Shown: positions 39,301-40,989, numbered from the stretch's first letter. The stretch is 45,644 nt of DNA from Christensenellales bacterium (GCA_051887955.1 JBJFAO010000156.1:1-45644), one strand, 5' to 3'. The notes: generated by a model from the letters alone, not told the origin. Program-made: numbers and translations.

Positions 39301-40989
39301 GGCAGCAACGGAAGACTGAACGTTGCGTTCAACGACGAAGAAATTTCCGGAGCCATGATGATGCCGGTAGACGATCAGGTATACCGTACCGTTATGAGAG
39401 TACAACCGTGGCTGTTCAAGAACACCTCCGAGCCGATAACGGCGTTTGAAGATTCGACGGCGTACGGGCCCGACGACATAATACTGTTGCCGACCAAGTC
39501 CGCTTTGCCGTTGAGTCAGTCTACGGACGGATTCTATATAGAGGTGAGATACAACACCGAAGACGGCAATCCCGTCTATGACAATGCGTACGCTTATATA
39601 ATGCACTATATGATTAACGGCGCGGAAAAGACGGTTGAGATAAAGAACGTCGACGGCGGAGGCACCTATCGCGACAACTACAACAAGTGGTATTTCGGCG
39701 GAGTCAAGTTCGGCGAGCCCGATCAATACGCAACGTTCAGATTGGGCGGAAAAGGCGGACAGGTGTTCAGGTGGAGATTCAGCAGGACGTCGAACAGAAC
39801 CTGGATAAACAGCAACATACCCGATATGATGGCTTTGGAGGTAGGGAAAACGTTCAAGCTCGAATCCAATCTCGTTCAGTATTTTGCAAACGGCACTTCT
39901 ACCGCTCTCGAAAGCTCTGGAGACGCATATATCCCCGTCGTTTACAGCAATCTGCGCAAACCGCTCGACGACGACAGATTCACCACCGCGATAACGGGAG
40001 ACCTGAGCGGCAAGGTCGTAAGCGCGGAACGCTCCACTCCTTCGACGGTTCAGAGCCTTGACTTCGGCACCGAAGAGGACTCCGACGGTAACGACGTTCA
40101 GATAGTCAACGACTATCAGATAGCGTTGCTCGATTGGGCGGTGACGGGAAGACGCGCTTATCCTTCGCCCAACAAGAAGATAGGCGGCACGATTATTCTC
40201 AGCGGTTACGGCGCGGTTATGCCCAGCTACGTCTACTCCTTAAAAACCAACGACGGCATAGGAGATATGATTGGAAACATATTTAAGAACGAGACCAACA
40301 CAGGTTTCAACAGGTTCTACGTTTCCGACGAGGGAAGCACAAAGCATTATCTGTTTATGCCCAACACCGACGAAGTCAACGACGCGGGGATGCCGATGTC
40401 TTATATCAACGCCAACGTGACGCTCGACGACGGATATCAGTACGACGACAGCATGCTGCAGCCCGTGATAGGGGACACGTATTACGTAACGGAAGGCTTG
40501 CACGAAGTGGCTGTATCCTCTATACCGACGGTATACATAAAGAAGGGTACTAAGTTCGCGTTGCACAATCTGCCGTTGTTCCAGGTCAATATGGCGTTCG
40601 CGGTGGAGACCAGCATAGAAATTCCTATAGCCGGCGGTATAAGTCTGAAGAAGGAATATACCAAAGACAATACGAGCACCGCAATTTACGTGCCGTGGTA
40701 CAATGCAAGGGTATATCAGGTTACCGGTAGCGACTTGCATATAAACGGCGATACGATTACTGCCGCAGGCGGAGTCAAGGAGCTTGAAAACGGAATCGCC
40801 GGAATCAACACCAACGCTTCCAACAGGATAAGATACGTGCTTTGCACGAAGGTATCCATGAGAATGTCCACGATGTCGGACGCGGAACAGATCTATAAGA
40901 ACAGACCTTCGGGAGACAATTCGTATCCGCCCGACGAACAGTACAAAGACGTAACCTTTAACGTCTACACGATAATAAGAATCAATTAG
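6202..40989 (+). CDS. Giant predicted lipoprotein, 11,595 aa (function unknown; putative cell-surface fibre or tether)
   Basis: It is a single open frame of 34,788 nt with a promoter, SD, SPII-type signal peptide and terminator. The protein-like, non-random composition persists throughout, and divergent protein motifs recur (see the repeat features). The only long competing ORFs are codon-aligned antisense shadows. Confidence 0.85.
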   Translation: MTPKNKKTTHGIFGGSRLRCLLMLLMIIALVFSIAACSERTEGGENGGGGIIDDNKDVQQVVNVTNKEATEYIKTAVRNLGATYANDEKWLNVDFAIAISFNSYAKVDDKYTSETVSSAQFEITVKAALNLEDNAQSALVIELRDIRRDATALGFYYYDSTTYLNVLGKKYYSEQLNMNQIGVALVNVLKEKEVDIVPMVGNLLGGYMEGTGTIQGLLPLVWKILFASQSNVVYSAEKVGDMPKYQYINQYINADMIFEMIEKGKIDLAGIFTLDLTWEGIGKLLNMELPDMDPLLRAILGFGLYDITHKDWPSMTVELKAITELTDLKQGDGTMTKGYKFTGFALDVQSETKEYDLNLKINPFKLNTSASDEVKMNLAGYNFGAGKNSTYEKGSFTNLELNFNLGVQNKEDEELTISGLIGNSFNLGALGEIPLRFAGDSDYNFDVKLALSLDLFNNANNKAQVTLKYGGREVVSLYLVPDLRMEEGSSVVFNTLYIDASNLTSGGRAFIPQLRMPSLNVTQLLAGTPEVPGFLGGLMKYFDPYYAGTTSGTRPNNADEAGGGLDVLTLLTLLVETDEQGNLKHFTFPDATSKKFDIHFDNAAINTLVGMFMPGINLGIQNLSLGLDFARPFDSIRLDVDVTDSLKLSAAIGGDAPDGTYTTGISYFKRPKFDMEAVGCDENGDVPLDGKENAESLRGEYKSMAGALEYGASITGSVKIGSGADTEIDLSALVGAFVKNVMLALGIETSSELNIGYEIKAGINLLRFSEMGLIVDLYILDSDGNKPYGYPFLTLYYSGNDDTLFINTKVSEEYDMMTQLRETLPLTNVIDGKIPKIAVPNLGVAKLLEGMGLDLSGLGAIIGANADLRLSLPEDSDKVEVEENADSLLYMLSNTISLNADGEGGGLDVLGLIGSAIESVNVEDGRLGVVLNAELIGALVAMLSVDITGELPKINGSLSLHLGTQIARDAEGNKLYEYITYKEDGTKDIKIFSYSYGDEGKLVIKDENGNVTDWEREIDMEKIVPHYKDSNYIEAHVGIIDDKMGNKEAFYLGLKLIETVNLKKGSDLDFIGGHSSATYVTLDQWVKELVVSVNVELEVNLEAGSPELIPEKLNETIGKMLTELMGSAEGSEEFLDVLIKSLALKIQNGYFYETGLHLGLAVKGNINVNNIFDSNLGVVIFDKSAPDTGGYTASDGRAYTIIAGVFVDENKGYVDLSYLGINPVAVSDLEGTYVGMIATLWNVNYNKTFDNAIAAEDGYLSKRNFMDYVMKETVLNYFFDNFYVNNGYASRYPTSAYKYLLNDDGYIYLYYVNAFGNNFEYTDKSNDIFLKNTSRSYVIESNGNIVVRNTATGDFYTTLVPFLREDGSPLRISVSEEEEIMRQAQWEKDEQMGAEPTHYVDLGDLLAKKAYDSYNDYVSDYVGRWDTVYNKEGIDGNLKSFMDDEYEKTIAEIKSFLRAVIVAKELVTIEREQGIAVIEYMKTSEDMTSDGAGTYVEIYGTKTNAQIRATGEYLKLLEEYVEKAVEETVEKQYASRGVTAEELKSVTCYRIRHNESFKEELEKIRNETQPENTDVIVKNVGEMEEFVSKLVPALSADYRTPELSNAAIDNPTRIALQILYNSGKVSVELSAVTVSAVLTMLGFERVNDLITIDSINIGLDFSDGIEFGLSVGLESTYSIGLGLSKLRASVDPDKRDNYKVTINTDKYPPESEMQGVPDAVHVTASGSLYIRNDTGKSGLRPSNDYNITDVINTVFSNSEFKKSELDAVYAEIEKENAGNSTMTVAAKKTAAWKRVSSSELSQKQKEEMQTRYASAVKDIKINKNDVAEWYEWTEGDDNHYALAWDYLCKNSILVDLNDVGAIIMAQFLGEMDDSLEFVVDAWLDFESIYRSILKIELIRHNYSETENTINSESVLTVYYDGSNLAPTETQFFGDVYVSTNIFNIGDVVLRDVTAVIKGVTEIFDSTFTSAMGDAIDKFLGLDSPSPADIVRGSAQNAAASNADEPALATYLNIMFNDGNLGIAVTKATLISVIRIFGVDLTEALSALDFGMDLTVGFKNNLNLTANIYLDSEGNVTEKNDHATEIGLTIGGLNASFTNDIITDADREKDYKEVEKFTTVGFQWGGKSAFALSNVNRNFNFDYAVRMFTEYWLDGRDWDVGLQLDVADTQEFKQATYFSVNANVNLTTLKELKNIELFLNFTSDGKQKLYDYLEERRNFLTDFLAAVGENNAENKAKAWDLLLDKLSTALPDDDNLDRYGKVYTPETEILDDNKCYGIMNEIQREMINKYANETERKVACWNKLYGLSGDYYLGDAISLYVTLDAEGIADVYINLGFLGVERIKLSNVSQIVIALAKGFGLDLGAILGRGSSNSASNSAPSDEQAAYAAVASQIAREILLQINTKEASDLLMLKVTGGAIYALVAALGVDIEEYFDKYTPNLYVSAFGDDLAEINLELENLFDLSISVAYPKFSLNSGLELSINEDAYTIIDKEWTTDLKLFFEGALKLGANGEAEASSPEDITSINFGDLLRGLLGNDTFAVDVILKALQTVSADLTFRLEAKANLVQLYMLISLLSGDEGTLTDEQKEAKKALYDDDGKLNILKVLSASGVELYLEIINRREKDGYITEDLVMGVYLVKESPDGINEFLSLYLDLAAFHVGRVKVTDFESTANGLMNKLGDLFGGDKETAGNAADGEGNEAATVSSGSALFDTARYLLYMKSTAEENIGKIDPNSFFMDYSEVFGKGGSLLPDNADGGRETTLADFIHAVVGNTYGLTISAAANVLIKLLNEAFNDERSRYSRSFLNYIESVYKGDKEENIAEKQTVLNRMDDILAANEQNKQNAWEALLDSNSLGQYYTERAMEIYGSLQTGTDSDVRAEAWDRLYAEINGDIDGIREALDDSDALDKFSEETAEEYSYYYAAGMALESYVYDMHVKLNALKTAYEQAEETVNGMSGIAPDLKDREIESYAFEYFTGRFAWSNADKEKYQAIYNEKETENGGSKLMAGSEAWKKIRTDINNTYATLLAAFRYVNSFAYTTYGFKTTGDATLNGSIDDYVRENNIFIISEGRYEKYALNVSHTWKVVAWEYLVDNKSISPETAENYYNTAFKQYVISARGLLTAIEYRYAAWTYINADAQRVIGCVYPEMAFSLRKIVDENGDSVWTRMDVTEEYLLILEDYYDKSYSDIPQLIIDAASKKGEITLGILFENSILNVGAEIANLYLEIKFVEAGVKIAESDLSRTRLEFVYDDFDNITGQEERTEIVNVENLEKSVEKEGGFAEIDENFGYVYAKLDIEFGLNLDDDARYDFTELINSLIASIGLDLTFNGQTLQIAPVLSILNSIGNYFRISLEAKINLFRLMNKDLSDTDISLTVYSLDGSGNIKETVLQLVFGTAAEEDGTLYNFVYIDAHRFNIQRLYVKNALDQIKKLLGNSDYPVYHDIRNGGSISKAVMAAMIADVLSAGEGDETVFDSFAKYADANGGSNPSVDIELARYGMSVQIAANAVYALLSFLGMGNVKSMISKVGEPSLAIDIFSVATYNDEDIVKPDGSYDDGDRNLIAVQLNFDSINENGVGTGRGIGLMLAIRNMELSFNQKQNIEFNEEEILERDENGDPIDFAEIDGMLPKIAIKTSIVLEIDAGVTTGTNLYQEPVNTIMKNYLGGLVMDIALYIANKQKITVAVDIEASLDLGNGEDNEYLKHLISGSSIRIALRIFRVGDKVASDSTKEWAVITYFGGNLYIDLSNLNSDKLYLADVGNLVFGDGSDKQTQALFSAYEALCAAIGKVNIGIDAEINTSGIYLIVKKAAIASLLKVFGFGGFDMFPDAAIQVYVKGMKVEEGVNTFDIGLQLALGENLVTGSTVLNPVLGLGISVKGLYVGFNGLDIQVSDSAEYIQLDRLDTIYFSTEFLVKVTDEKGIYKLGGLLQVLKNNGYFDLGATLGIDTAIDPIIEFLESLDSALYAKVDVTLNINSILEDLQARLSIYNKAPADRAEDERPILSLAYIRGDVYIDAEGLSGSENFYLGKVKISGIMDLIKALTGGNATEEAKNTYEMIKTYEKLFAKENASFADVTEKASGTINIIGDVVEGLTVELVNGAIFGLVKQLLGVDMADLITNVQTMVESVMDPYLGINIDPSITLLITIGLPSTAYNVTESVTAVPESMANAINKWYGDEKDSLIYPDEVWNVLFEGSELYKLYNISSDKKAEKVREWIAGNKPEISSVYADMQVRFPKMSDSQIYVLTYDYMIGEIYGNSVLTAAYGYNFSADKEETSGDKLNVKLESFYSDYLKAYAWNSYYNLASEALKGRMDDILSTQSDKKSAYDVFVSEISDEADALRNVYEKSVYREKIAALRLEAVSLGVNDSYCYTALIKGIMRANYAMEDGWISYISDQIKYTSGEDKITVYLAKYDELYTVQRAYAWDAYYAQADAYDKALMNGAFSYAEGRYKNATEQELKAYAYDKYKKDLQESSTLYQEALAADDSAILKSILVNEMRRYRYYDGDTLAGLSADEISDLIVILDALNAAVAKYSVANTVILNAYQVAELVYDLVFDPATALTDVEKDFDGVAVDVMRRIRLFAVDELRNSGVERITSQLIATDGETDYEKIELLDSLMKRYADKFVVLRGTGKELDAITAAADGVSYRTQAWNNLISLEYKSLLPENAVILSAETGAVNSGYAYSGINNGKEINPSRYFADRYGLTVENDLMKVYLIYSELKTRAADKSLFVTAEEYVYDSDKIGNVTAICRDSAYGKDGYLVQFYRMARAFSRYLFLFDAAGKTMTAEEISVVAEIASDSYGVISYETYFDCFADYKGESSEHYGRIITAINIVRDMYVTLREECAKQDKTTRRKIDVAIKSIMPKRGITVEKVSSAIAYGDIADVKDMPLYPTYLAISQLLINYAGSNAALNEAVEYADYYMNNHADTGLNERIALIYGRYIKICDSVHKKEIENVINAFNSGDYSALTAECWAGFGFEGDIYDSGRNVIEIKEKAAAINTLFAGYNNEEYSKRFAWEAWYRLSSTASRIEEMDAMLRAKVFESLYSDIKDMLTEIIIDSADSAIKEGMSVIGVNAKKYEKLNIIAYNEYFSEFKAATTALYGTINGYYGEIDDVVAAAESDLTARFEDNASDLQKAELMRKIYSEVVADSSGYDAKIAMEWKATYETAINGIIDEDATAYGNLMYEKLTVADLNAYVADMRAVFENISSRVVDEYGARTEKAMLGAARDKTAQLRDVFDGHLAAMRSAEYDYYYYTQLDEYLKKDPANTKESFDNEIGEGTVVIDYEEYPVASPDPSEITAAANMQELKSVYERFAACDKTAKLQTYEYAHDTHSINNAVGMDDTTYNVNKKQANAYDYRADNAELYAYADYLAVTNKGNVYDYNYRRITALRGIEQNVAISSSVKDNIATEGGKYRETALGYENLIHDNNNKEIIDAVYAFSEDDRYSDDAYLTSCRDEFVTKYKEYALKAFDLLFSSGSITALFGGDMPRATYTAFIDCYDDMRSKMNSLDHGSDTYSLYDRTRTEVLLSKTVKNKALLMEKMYLSYEDGTLSTGIISDFDDLFANYMKAMETAVYADAFAYFTQHIYSERNGGIYSAFRTQIASMYDGYISSATALLKKVYLAVTGEELNAGAFTEAVTAVNAHPVPGEYAKFVDFATNISNYIKQFTDNFGVFDNEAKLKVLASVISDGNALYGDADCVNGMKNIRTAFVTFVRENYFTFGATESILGVGAKYYDDLYSLTNELSALVAAANDVAKINELKGYISALGYSVSGSEDYFRTLTIVFNAANGNIAGINKVYRAMFGNYAANVSSAVYLIITESTFKNKLAADYEEIVASIKANDPNLKTFVEGQGISDSSSAQDKALALVALSDYIESYVENGNTLSEATEEKYADARIALLSLTSPEEHLTLSVLESYYGSYATAAIAKALKLKSTLEAGTDDALEYLTFTDMRDIFDEYLDFCKQESASDLVNVLEDSRILVKSFDQVYKNAMSALESLADFSISIGLEGAQTSVLFDIKRYQEDESGASVSMIKDVLTDEEKAEYTEYSELTLRVNLNASLAMNLDKGILDINPLLGLVNLPIKISELDIEFLAEHTLYAEISGYLGINFEALLSGDKDRINSSIVGEVALTYYLIDHDTDGENTRFEQVILHIWLFGPSIYGQVELFDSHVSVEIPFTLGEMLVGMFNPETSAEEAAALSSINSAIMSAVHGVTKEEAAEMQTPFEQLMTVANASESSLADVLEVLLRINTQETAIILTVDILAELVKIIFKEETLSSGLEDLVNLALTEGDIAIEYGNDFGIRLGLHKNSEEGSDKIGYDAELALLRDTLISLDRKQYDKLYNSIDTLKKDGFFDDFFKLGTDIDSDATMSEILTSVIGARTTVSLSIYLESDVLKTVLDWSKLFSVQEVDTYFQLRIMQNARGRLRLDIALDIDLERETFDFYIRGYNTDNENFFNIYYVSGMLNNDSGAPGVLAPKFYVDSGERGHDKLMLTPEMGYNMFNLNLVNIFFYLINSESRYDIHAQNVSGYVADNASFDALVDEMDWGDVLDGLTFGKGTIGIQLATTIINAFLQALFGFEFAELGNITLELDNVNNTLFLNIPIDAPVYDEGGNVVNSSKLNFGFGLSDVDIKLGAREDFFGESVSSKFGSGYEPLDNYVWVTEVNSSLHVNDEFNTVLDLTGLTSSIINGLGVNIKSGDILDKEILFALRTYVDFADLSNLRFELEVSHGNGAGAKVQRILGIKYVGQANDGTVFVDLSGLGLPKISISNINIGSLVKEILAKLEKSLSNDEEQITPSSADGTVGNDITDAERRSQMYRDIADMEFGQNMLMYVYSSEEASLAITGALLLTLIGNLNDTLGGVLPDAILNIPTFSYLKIGRDDADKVNGIQIVLDENKQFSIRFNFDKSYSHLSVRSKVSDITDMTVVSDADKDEYTSIDSLKNLHIGLNLELTLQTINPDTGKKSDVIEGFEDMLEKMLGLQSDTIMFDLQDTIMTFSIMLDVGVDLTDFAKSVIKLEIYYNDEVMIGVYYIDGVVYVDLGTLGLFRASINGIDLAAMITGMLSGTDFEKMITVDGIDVAGLVGGLLDADKLSEGGSGSTVKSGTFVKKETKGSSIAELDAAVKKLSDGTANGGYTKDQIRLVADAMTAGKIKSLDNLTADQYKSLYDYITGGKSISEYIASDDFTGFVLFGERGRVISAITAIIDAAQTALKGMSAEQLAITIEECKLSGKTYNKMGISQLELALTIVRKYELASIDKMSSSLKAKAIAETVDEKGSAINSALYTGDATAKEAVEKFIKSFVAAFAGCNVHILNAIIGGMESAGLEYLQMKGSHYDVAGNSDAEVTARKKAFIEGMVKKYAVDYVNVTYGITDSEIDLVIARSLAQFGIYEIADSTVSGTDGNNASGTPLINLILTEEEIKINPNAASLGLLVGMIMPGKGLTIPDFKRMELVLNTYDGLSNINFNFVLDGYGNKFHLAIPTGGLKFVFNEGVGELAGGKDKSFTEILELPDVSSYGGLTGVSMNASGLNMNTTALVNSLLDGIFIDDLTIYLEHRTDYWNRKDLFSKYPKVDATGPYTYADWDDGYLGNDAQALSTVAKILNIVNKIYNLINYKNIIDLITGTSGLVDSATASKNRPKLIRNQYARGKVVAYKTVTNVINADISTPSYKQGNISAHIDHHQILLSIGMSLTIKIYITLDLSTFLNGKNEGMESKGLNISNLAGMVLFPDSMFASTNEKSGSGRFYGRVTDTEGNPIEGATVTVYNGTGDYQVRTTDAEGYYYFLNLPVTERIYREYDLYRLNKWFDDLNKDENPNNNIVFGEKYINFDGKDYEFVDGVYYNVGDRSTISIHKSGCSSYYEREIFVTPKETNSAIRRDAVLVDVSSSGEVPKSVTFTGKTYYRDGEALKPFGGASVVYNGGTGLTVSSVLAEEGVGTYSMTVDVYESVLDYYENVATSLLAHNFTANISGYELVTFNVNEGGNTTNYSAIALNAFLNEAIKRGSSGLTVNLDLIFDRTDVVSTMIVGKIRVPKERGSAEMVVPEPGTYEIWVSVGGHTSGVVDFYDLAPDDFSVAVDEDGNFSFTGKELALEDVGSSSYIIKFRSAVYKNIDLKADSNGFASDTYGRMYALDTYNSQVSSYYVELNPVYREEHWSEKSVGISEEENVSDIGKLLSRVRIRLGADKLDGEVHDDGDNGMQDYDHSYQDEMSNLVYEGSNVVDRYNTYTYIEAWLNSSRINEMLAGVESIILGMMGVTGIAPGQTISAQDISLGATTTKDDFNIDMYTEAQLQHTGADKLLELFEKRYKGRYNENDFRIFDKVYVDKGAYYQATHSALAKMSAGLVHFVLTMVFDSTGLATMEALGVHLTDLIAFAILDPTAFEALNAIKMLGAIPGIGWLFTGIGTVAGFLGSLLSTVGQQLGALLGELATIFSSLLPIQLGYNLFDTVDLRGSPLSKAGYNAESFEDKSLGTVDIGGGQFVNMYKDARTYDLSTYAKITLNSGSNGGYLDRISLFINSASYDRDSEISGNLDDGNRMDEYTAMQQGDWNYNYWENNGRVGDYYSETPVYKTEITYTKIDDLSSHEGEYYYKDLDAVERGDSDPYVLSTLATEDGEYETYTTTSGTEERVPYSREETETTEVVSREVDYHTDPTATHGIKSVDIKSVTVIRSGVVDEDSEKLMEEFIKTTNVNSYAIIDEYYIDPNTDQKVVYNREFIYDDEKNAKEDVYQELEIKNNGIDIRQVKDAFNGTFKRTEYDQYEKVWSDEVVVPPTKIIFWDPFDLTDFTMEGGTWASSDGYTGVRRNTDPLITVEKVLPNRYMASFADGNSTGTQGMNIYWNVSALSLNAEGTANSKQKEYLQGFVGNGVYAKIEVEVKPFTVDLVSAKAQIIKQVSEKMIVDPYTFDAEEFVAGLPSFFYYDYVSGEGSETRKKTYLFNELKWSLDYKVIDGVRRYTSLDYATDGFEPYVNLTFRAYEAFQSEDDEDVWVDAEGNTPYTTVQIPLKVINYEVSRVESAVDNSVGGIVPVGMPEGYGGMITFNPLNNRDPYSSLYYLESFDTVVLKDGRIVNDWAIVPGSFRTIKKDGAILDEYDSSYSGEQTYTVSYKVTDGTGYVQTVYVYVKILSSNILPGQSYYYDGENKVYIESGKEIVPYAATTDYDAALDKDYVDGNILGRLYLSDAIEVVYEGGYEERVILGESKKRRQIYVTYNETSGKLEVNGATIIDGDDFSYRIPYMNYADAGVKTIEAVIGRHGYAKWELDDMVSDVLLSHLDVNYTENKAKAAAYDKLYSELSRYDKLRLNKILAETGNKARAWNAWYAAYTDDKLDTYSENDALHMDMLLTEATLSYCNISYTTALSLAYEKLLVDNTEANTDKNKISVAELREMFGEIKSSYVNETTAELQARTFKKWYDERTRHQLSIIREVLPRRAEAVGSVSVNPTQGFTVADLPKYVSVGYAGVIDSVTDGYDMISTKVTWIVDEEEILSKMGYDGAIVSAEVILKDELFGDQVLRGVGIQINQLKVSGIASYFGSSDLPAVSAYDEESVDRFLSSYYSADAIETKSYAFAIIVEGMSELIRISTESGMENAVWELATGTEYYQGTTNRKVLWQYVEDSNGDGNYENDGLSYDPNAGAHKIRVWVQSKNYYEIGAGSGSKWQYAVEIDLTKIAYANNGSSYVADLVYFNKLKDETVVSIEKARIDGDESKVSVKFNETTGKYTVAFNPTEVKFDENTLVEFDVDLGRVETGANGKRVSHWMKAVVDLTGNEDFYNKRKVESSIIFGDKYNNVQRVPVTLINKAEYAFDDVTEIVYKKNGAVVDMNSQIGTALQNLSDLLPDSAVVAGTMDNVYEEVTLPVAWSEVEEYGLDGRTESGKAPTARATIGDRTFGYIPSKTVSIILGAETEVAVEGIPDSINVDPYGVNDFEWLVSTYTVATLTTKVVDVNGTIRTVTKDVDVDIVMEDIDLADYREDNFVRKTYSVRMRLGHTVTNGKNGQFDVRYEIERNVVLRDRSISDMYIAGFNGVSGGEIVWSEIDYLTADVYEKASADDFVYTVRVNPTQATISQVKAELGEKYYGVKTIYEYDESLPSEKAYEIDEPKYGCFIAYGSGSDAVYAPEVVFEGFDDVIYTANGGVYTDKVYAVVGSGELQQRIPVTVNVNRALVKGLKLLPYYYSESEEYSAVGVNGGIYVPVQTDSDGNVERLVIEPFLGFDNMPAEVIAVIDVGGGEIAYRRVKAEWDGSLVTANMKLSGGNFDKGVTGNLAYATVYAYDDDERTGEQVIEFSVTVPDRTVLGYEVSYDGVHYKALNDLVYGEDDNADAYTNELLLNPYNMRNALLDAYSAANGADPSENDVYNASSKVYDASFNKTDAAGNKVRNAEFTFFTHVKVVCEGGYVREYELTESNYVAFGKINATNLYSGGRSLSIDLRVGEAYVDGGNGTYSREAAVLNVAPNVSGGGFDDYVRVRILDMSYASGLEKDIYYIDPYGVLGATGKGGVVFEPTAEYPQDTVRNVRITGKDSEKYVLEYMGDKIALATYEFEEVNYDGSAINYRWFDIESIDNVTGKFTLKERKRNGGRIKYGSGVGKIAVTLGSERDNASAGVQVYNIPVIYVDRTIVDLGFNSENAPFYKTVVWDNGNVGGGFVFDPFVAYNPSADGFADNEQGFLKNGQYGTTVTFANTDIDRIFGGRQGSRFSYDLAMDQKDVRVGVTFEDKKVKWRYTGGEFEAKALIGSGDSLQEIEVMVKLLSRRVDVNRTGTVRGFGSSVLKPGVDLFTKLKVYDYIGVSNVEAKLIGDFFAIGNTEFEVYFEDFDEPITYRMNAVAESVGNYVLTESELNYKENDVIYNNGVRMSFAMDTSDSISYKGGKLNFTMTIPGYGMGRSGQQKATISVGLEEQYVVYVNPAEEDGTEITYDTFYADAINADAIEYDGSSHRWFVTNPYYFIQEGGVRVPDTVVAYVADKATYDEYVELTRVTKATQGGETVYVPAHTEAEINAWLGSHASSFGKYAVDVVWSGGSNGRLNVAFNDEEISGAMMMPVDDQVYRTVMRVQPWLFKNTSEPITAFEDSTAYGPDDIILLPTKSALPLSQSTDGFYIEVRYNTEDGNPVYDNAYAYIMHYMINGAEKTVEIKNVDGGGTYRDNYNKWYFGGVKFGEPDQYATFRLGGKGGQVFRWRFSRTSNRTWINSNIPDMMALEVGKTFKLESNLVQYFANGTSTALESSGDAYIPVVYSNLRKPLDDDRFTTAITGDLSGKVVSAERSTPSTVQSLDFGTEEDSDGNDVQIVNDYQIALLDWAVTGRRAYPSPNKKIGGTIILSGYGAVMPSYVYSLKTNDGIGDMIGNIFKNETNTGFNRFYVSDEGSTKHYLFMPNTDEVNDAGMPMSYINANVTLDDGYQYDDSMLQPVIGDTYYVTEGLHEVAVSSIPTVYIKKGTKFALHNLPLFQVNMAFAVETSIEIPIAGGISLKKEYTKDNTSTAIYVPWYNARVYQVTGSDLHINGDTITAAGGVKELENGIAGINTNASNRIRYVLCTKVSMRMSTMSDAEQIYKNRPSGDNSYPPDEQYKDVTFNVYTIIRIN
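6661..28569 (+). repeat. 13-14 highly divergent copies of a two-motif (A then B) protein module inside the giant CDS
   Basis: Motif A is ...[VI]Y[VIL]D[LA]xxLG... It starts at nt 6661, 7681, 8581, 9811, 11941, 13141, 14101, 16381, 17401, 18205, 24680, 25600, 26461 and 27316. Motif B is strand-turn-strand plus a helix ending in LG[VF][DE]. It starts at nt 7981, 8959, 11044, 12229, 13390, 14488, 16672, 17581, 18445, 24961, 25882, 26731 and 28474. The order is always A then B. Similarity exists only at the protein level. Confidence 0.55.
18700..24200 (+). other. Helical-looking block of ~1,800 aa, rich in Ala, Tyr, Asp and Glu, that interrupts the module array
   Basis: No A or B motifs occur between B9 (18445) and A11 (24680). 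The sequence is dominated by helix-favouring residues with few Pro or Gly. It contains many A-W/A-Y-x-x-Y motifs, for example KAYAWNSYYNLASEA and RAYAWDAYYAQADAYD. The boundaries are approximate. Confidence 0.4.
29473..29630 (+). other. Carboxypeptidase-regulatory-like (CarboxypepD_reg/PEGA-type) beta-sandwich domain
   Basis: GRFYGRVTDTEGNPIEGATVTVYNGTGDYQVRTTDAEGYYYFLNLPVTE matches the family pattern G.V.D..G.P..GA.V.........TD..G.Y.F..LP. Two weaker look-alikes follow at ~29923-30085 and ~30316-30520. Confidence 0.55.
31261..31580 (+). other. Hydrophobic glycine-zipper segment (candidate membrane hairpin)
   Basis: The sequence is MSAGLVHFVLTMVFDSTGLATMEALGVHLTDLIAFAILDPTAFEALNAIKMLGAIPGIGWLFTGIGTVAGFLGSLLSTVGQQLGALLGELATIFSSLLPIQLGY. 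The 38-aa run MLGAIPG...GALLG (31411-31524) is uncharged and contains four GxxxG spacings. Confidence 0.55.
32560..40986 (+). repeat. C-terminal array of degenerate Ig-like modules with a Big_4-like LP..V......V.W signature
   Basis: Examples: VLPNRYMASFADGNSTGTQGMNIYWNV (32683), GLPSFFYYDYVSGEGSETRKKTYLFNELKWSL (32983) and DLPKYVSVGYAGVIDSVTDGYDMISTKVTWIV (34591). Further examples are LLPDSAVVAGTMDNVYEEVTLPVAWSEV (35743), NMPAEVIAVIDVGGGEIAYRRVKAEWDG (36883) and VPDTVVAYVADK...YAVDVVWSGG (39100). The family assignment is by eye only. Confidence 0.4.

Noticed and set aside
6202-40989. The giant ORF as an NRPS/PKS megasynthase, RTX adhesin, Rhs/YD toxin, phage tape-measure protein or collapsed-repeat assembly artefact.
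   Set aside because: No adenylation, condensation, KS, AT or carrier-protein core motifs are present. There are no GGxGxD nonapeptides, no YD repeats and no phage genes nearby. Internal similarity exists only at the degenerate protein-motif level, with different codons, so repeat collapse or expansion is unlikely. Misassembly still needs long-read confirmation.
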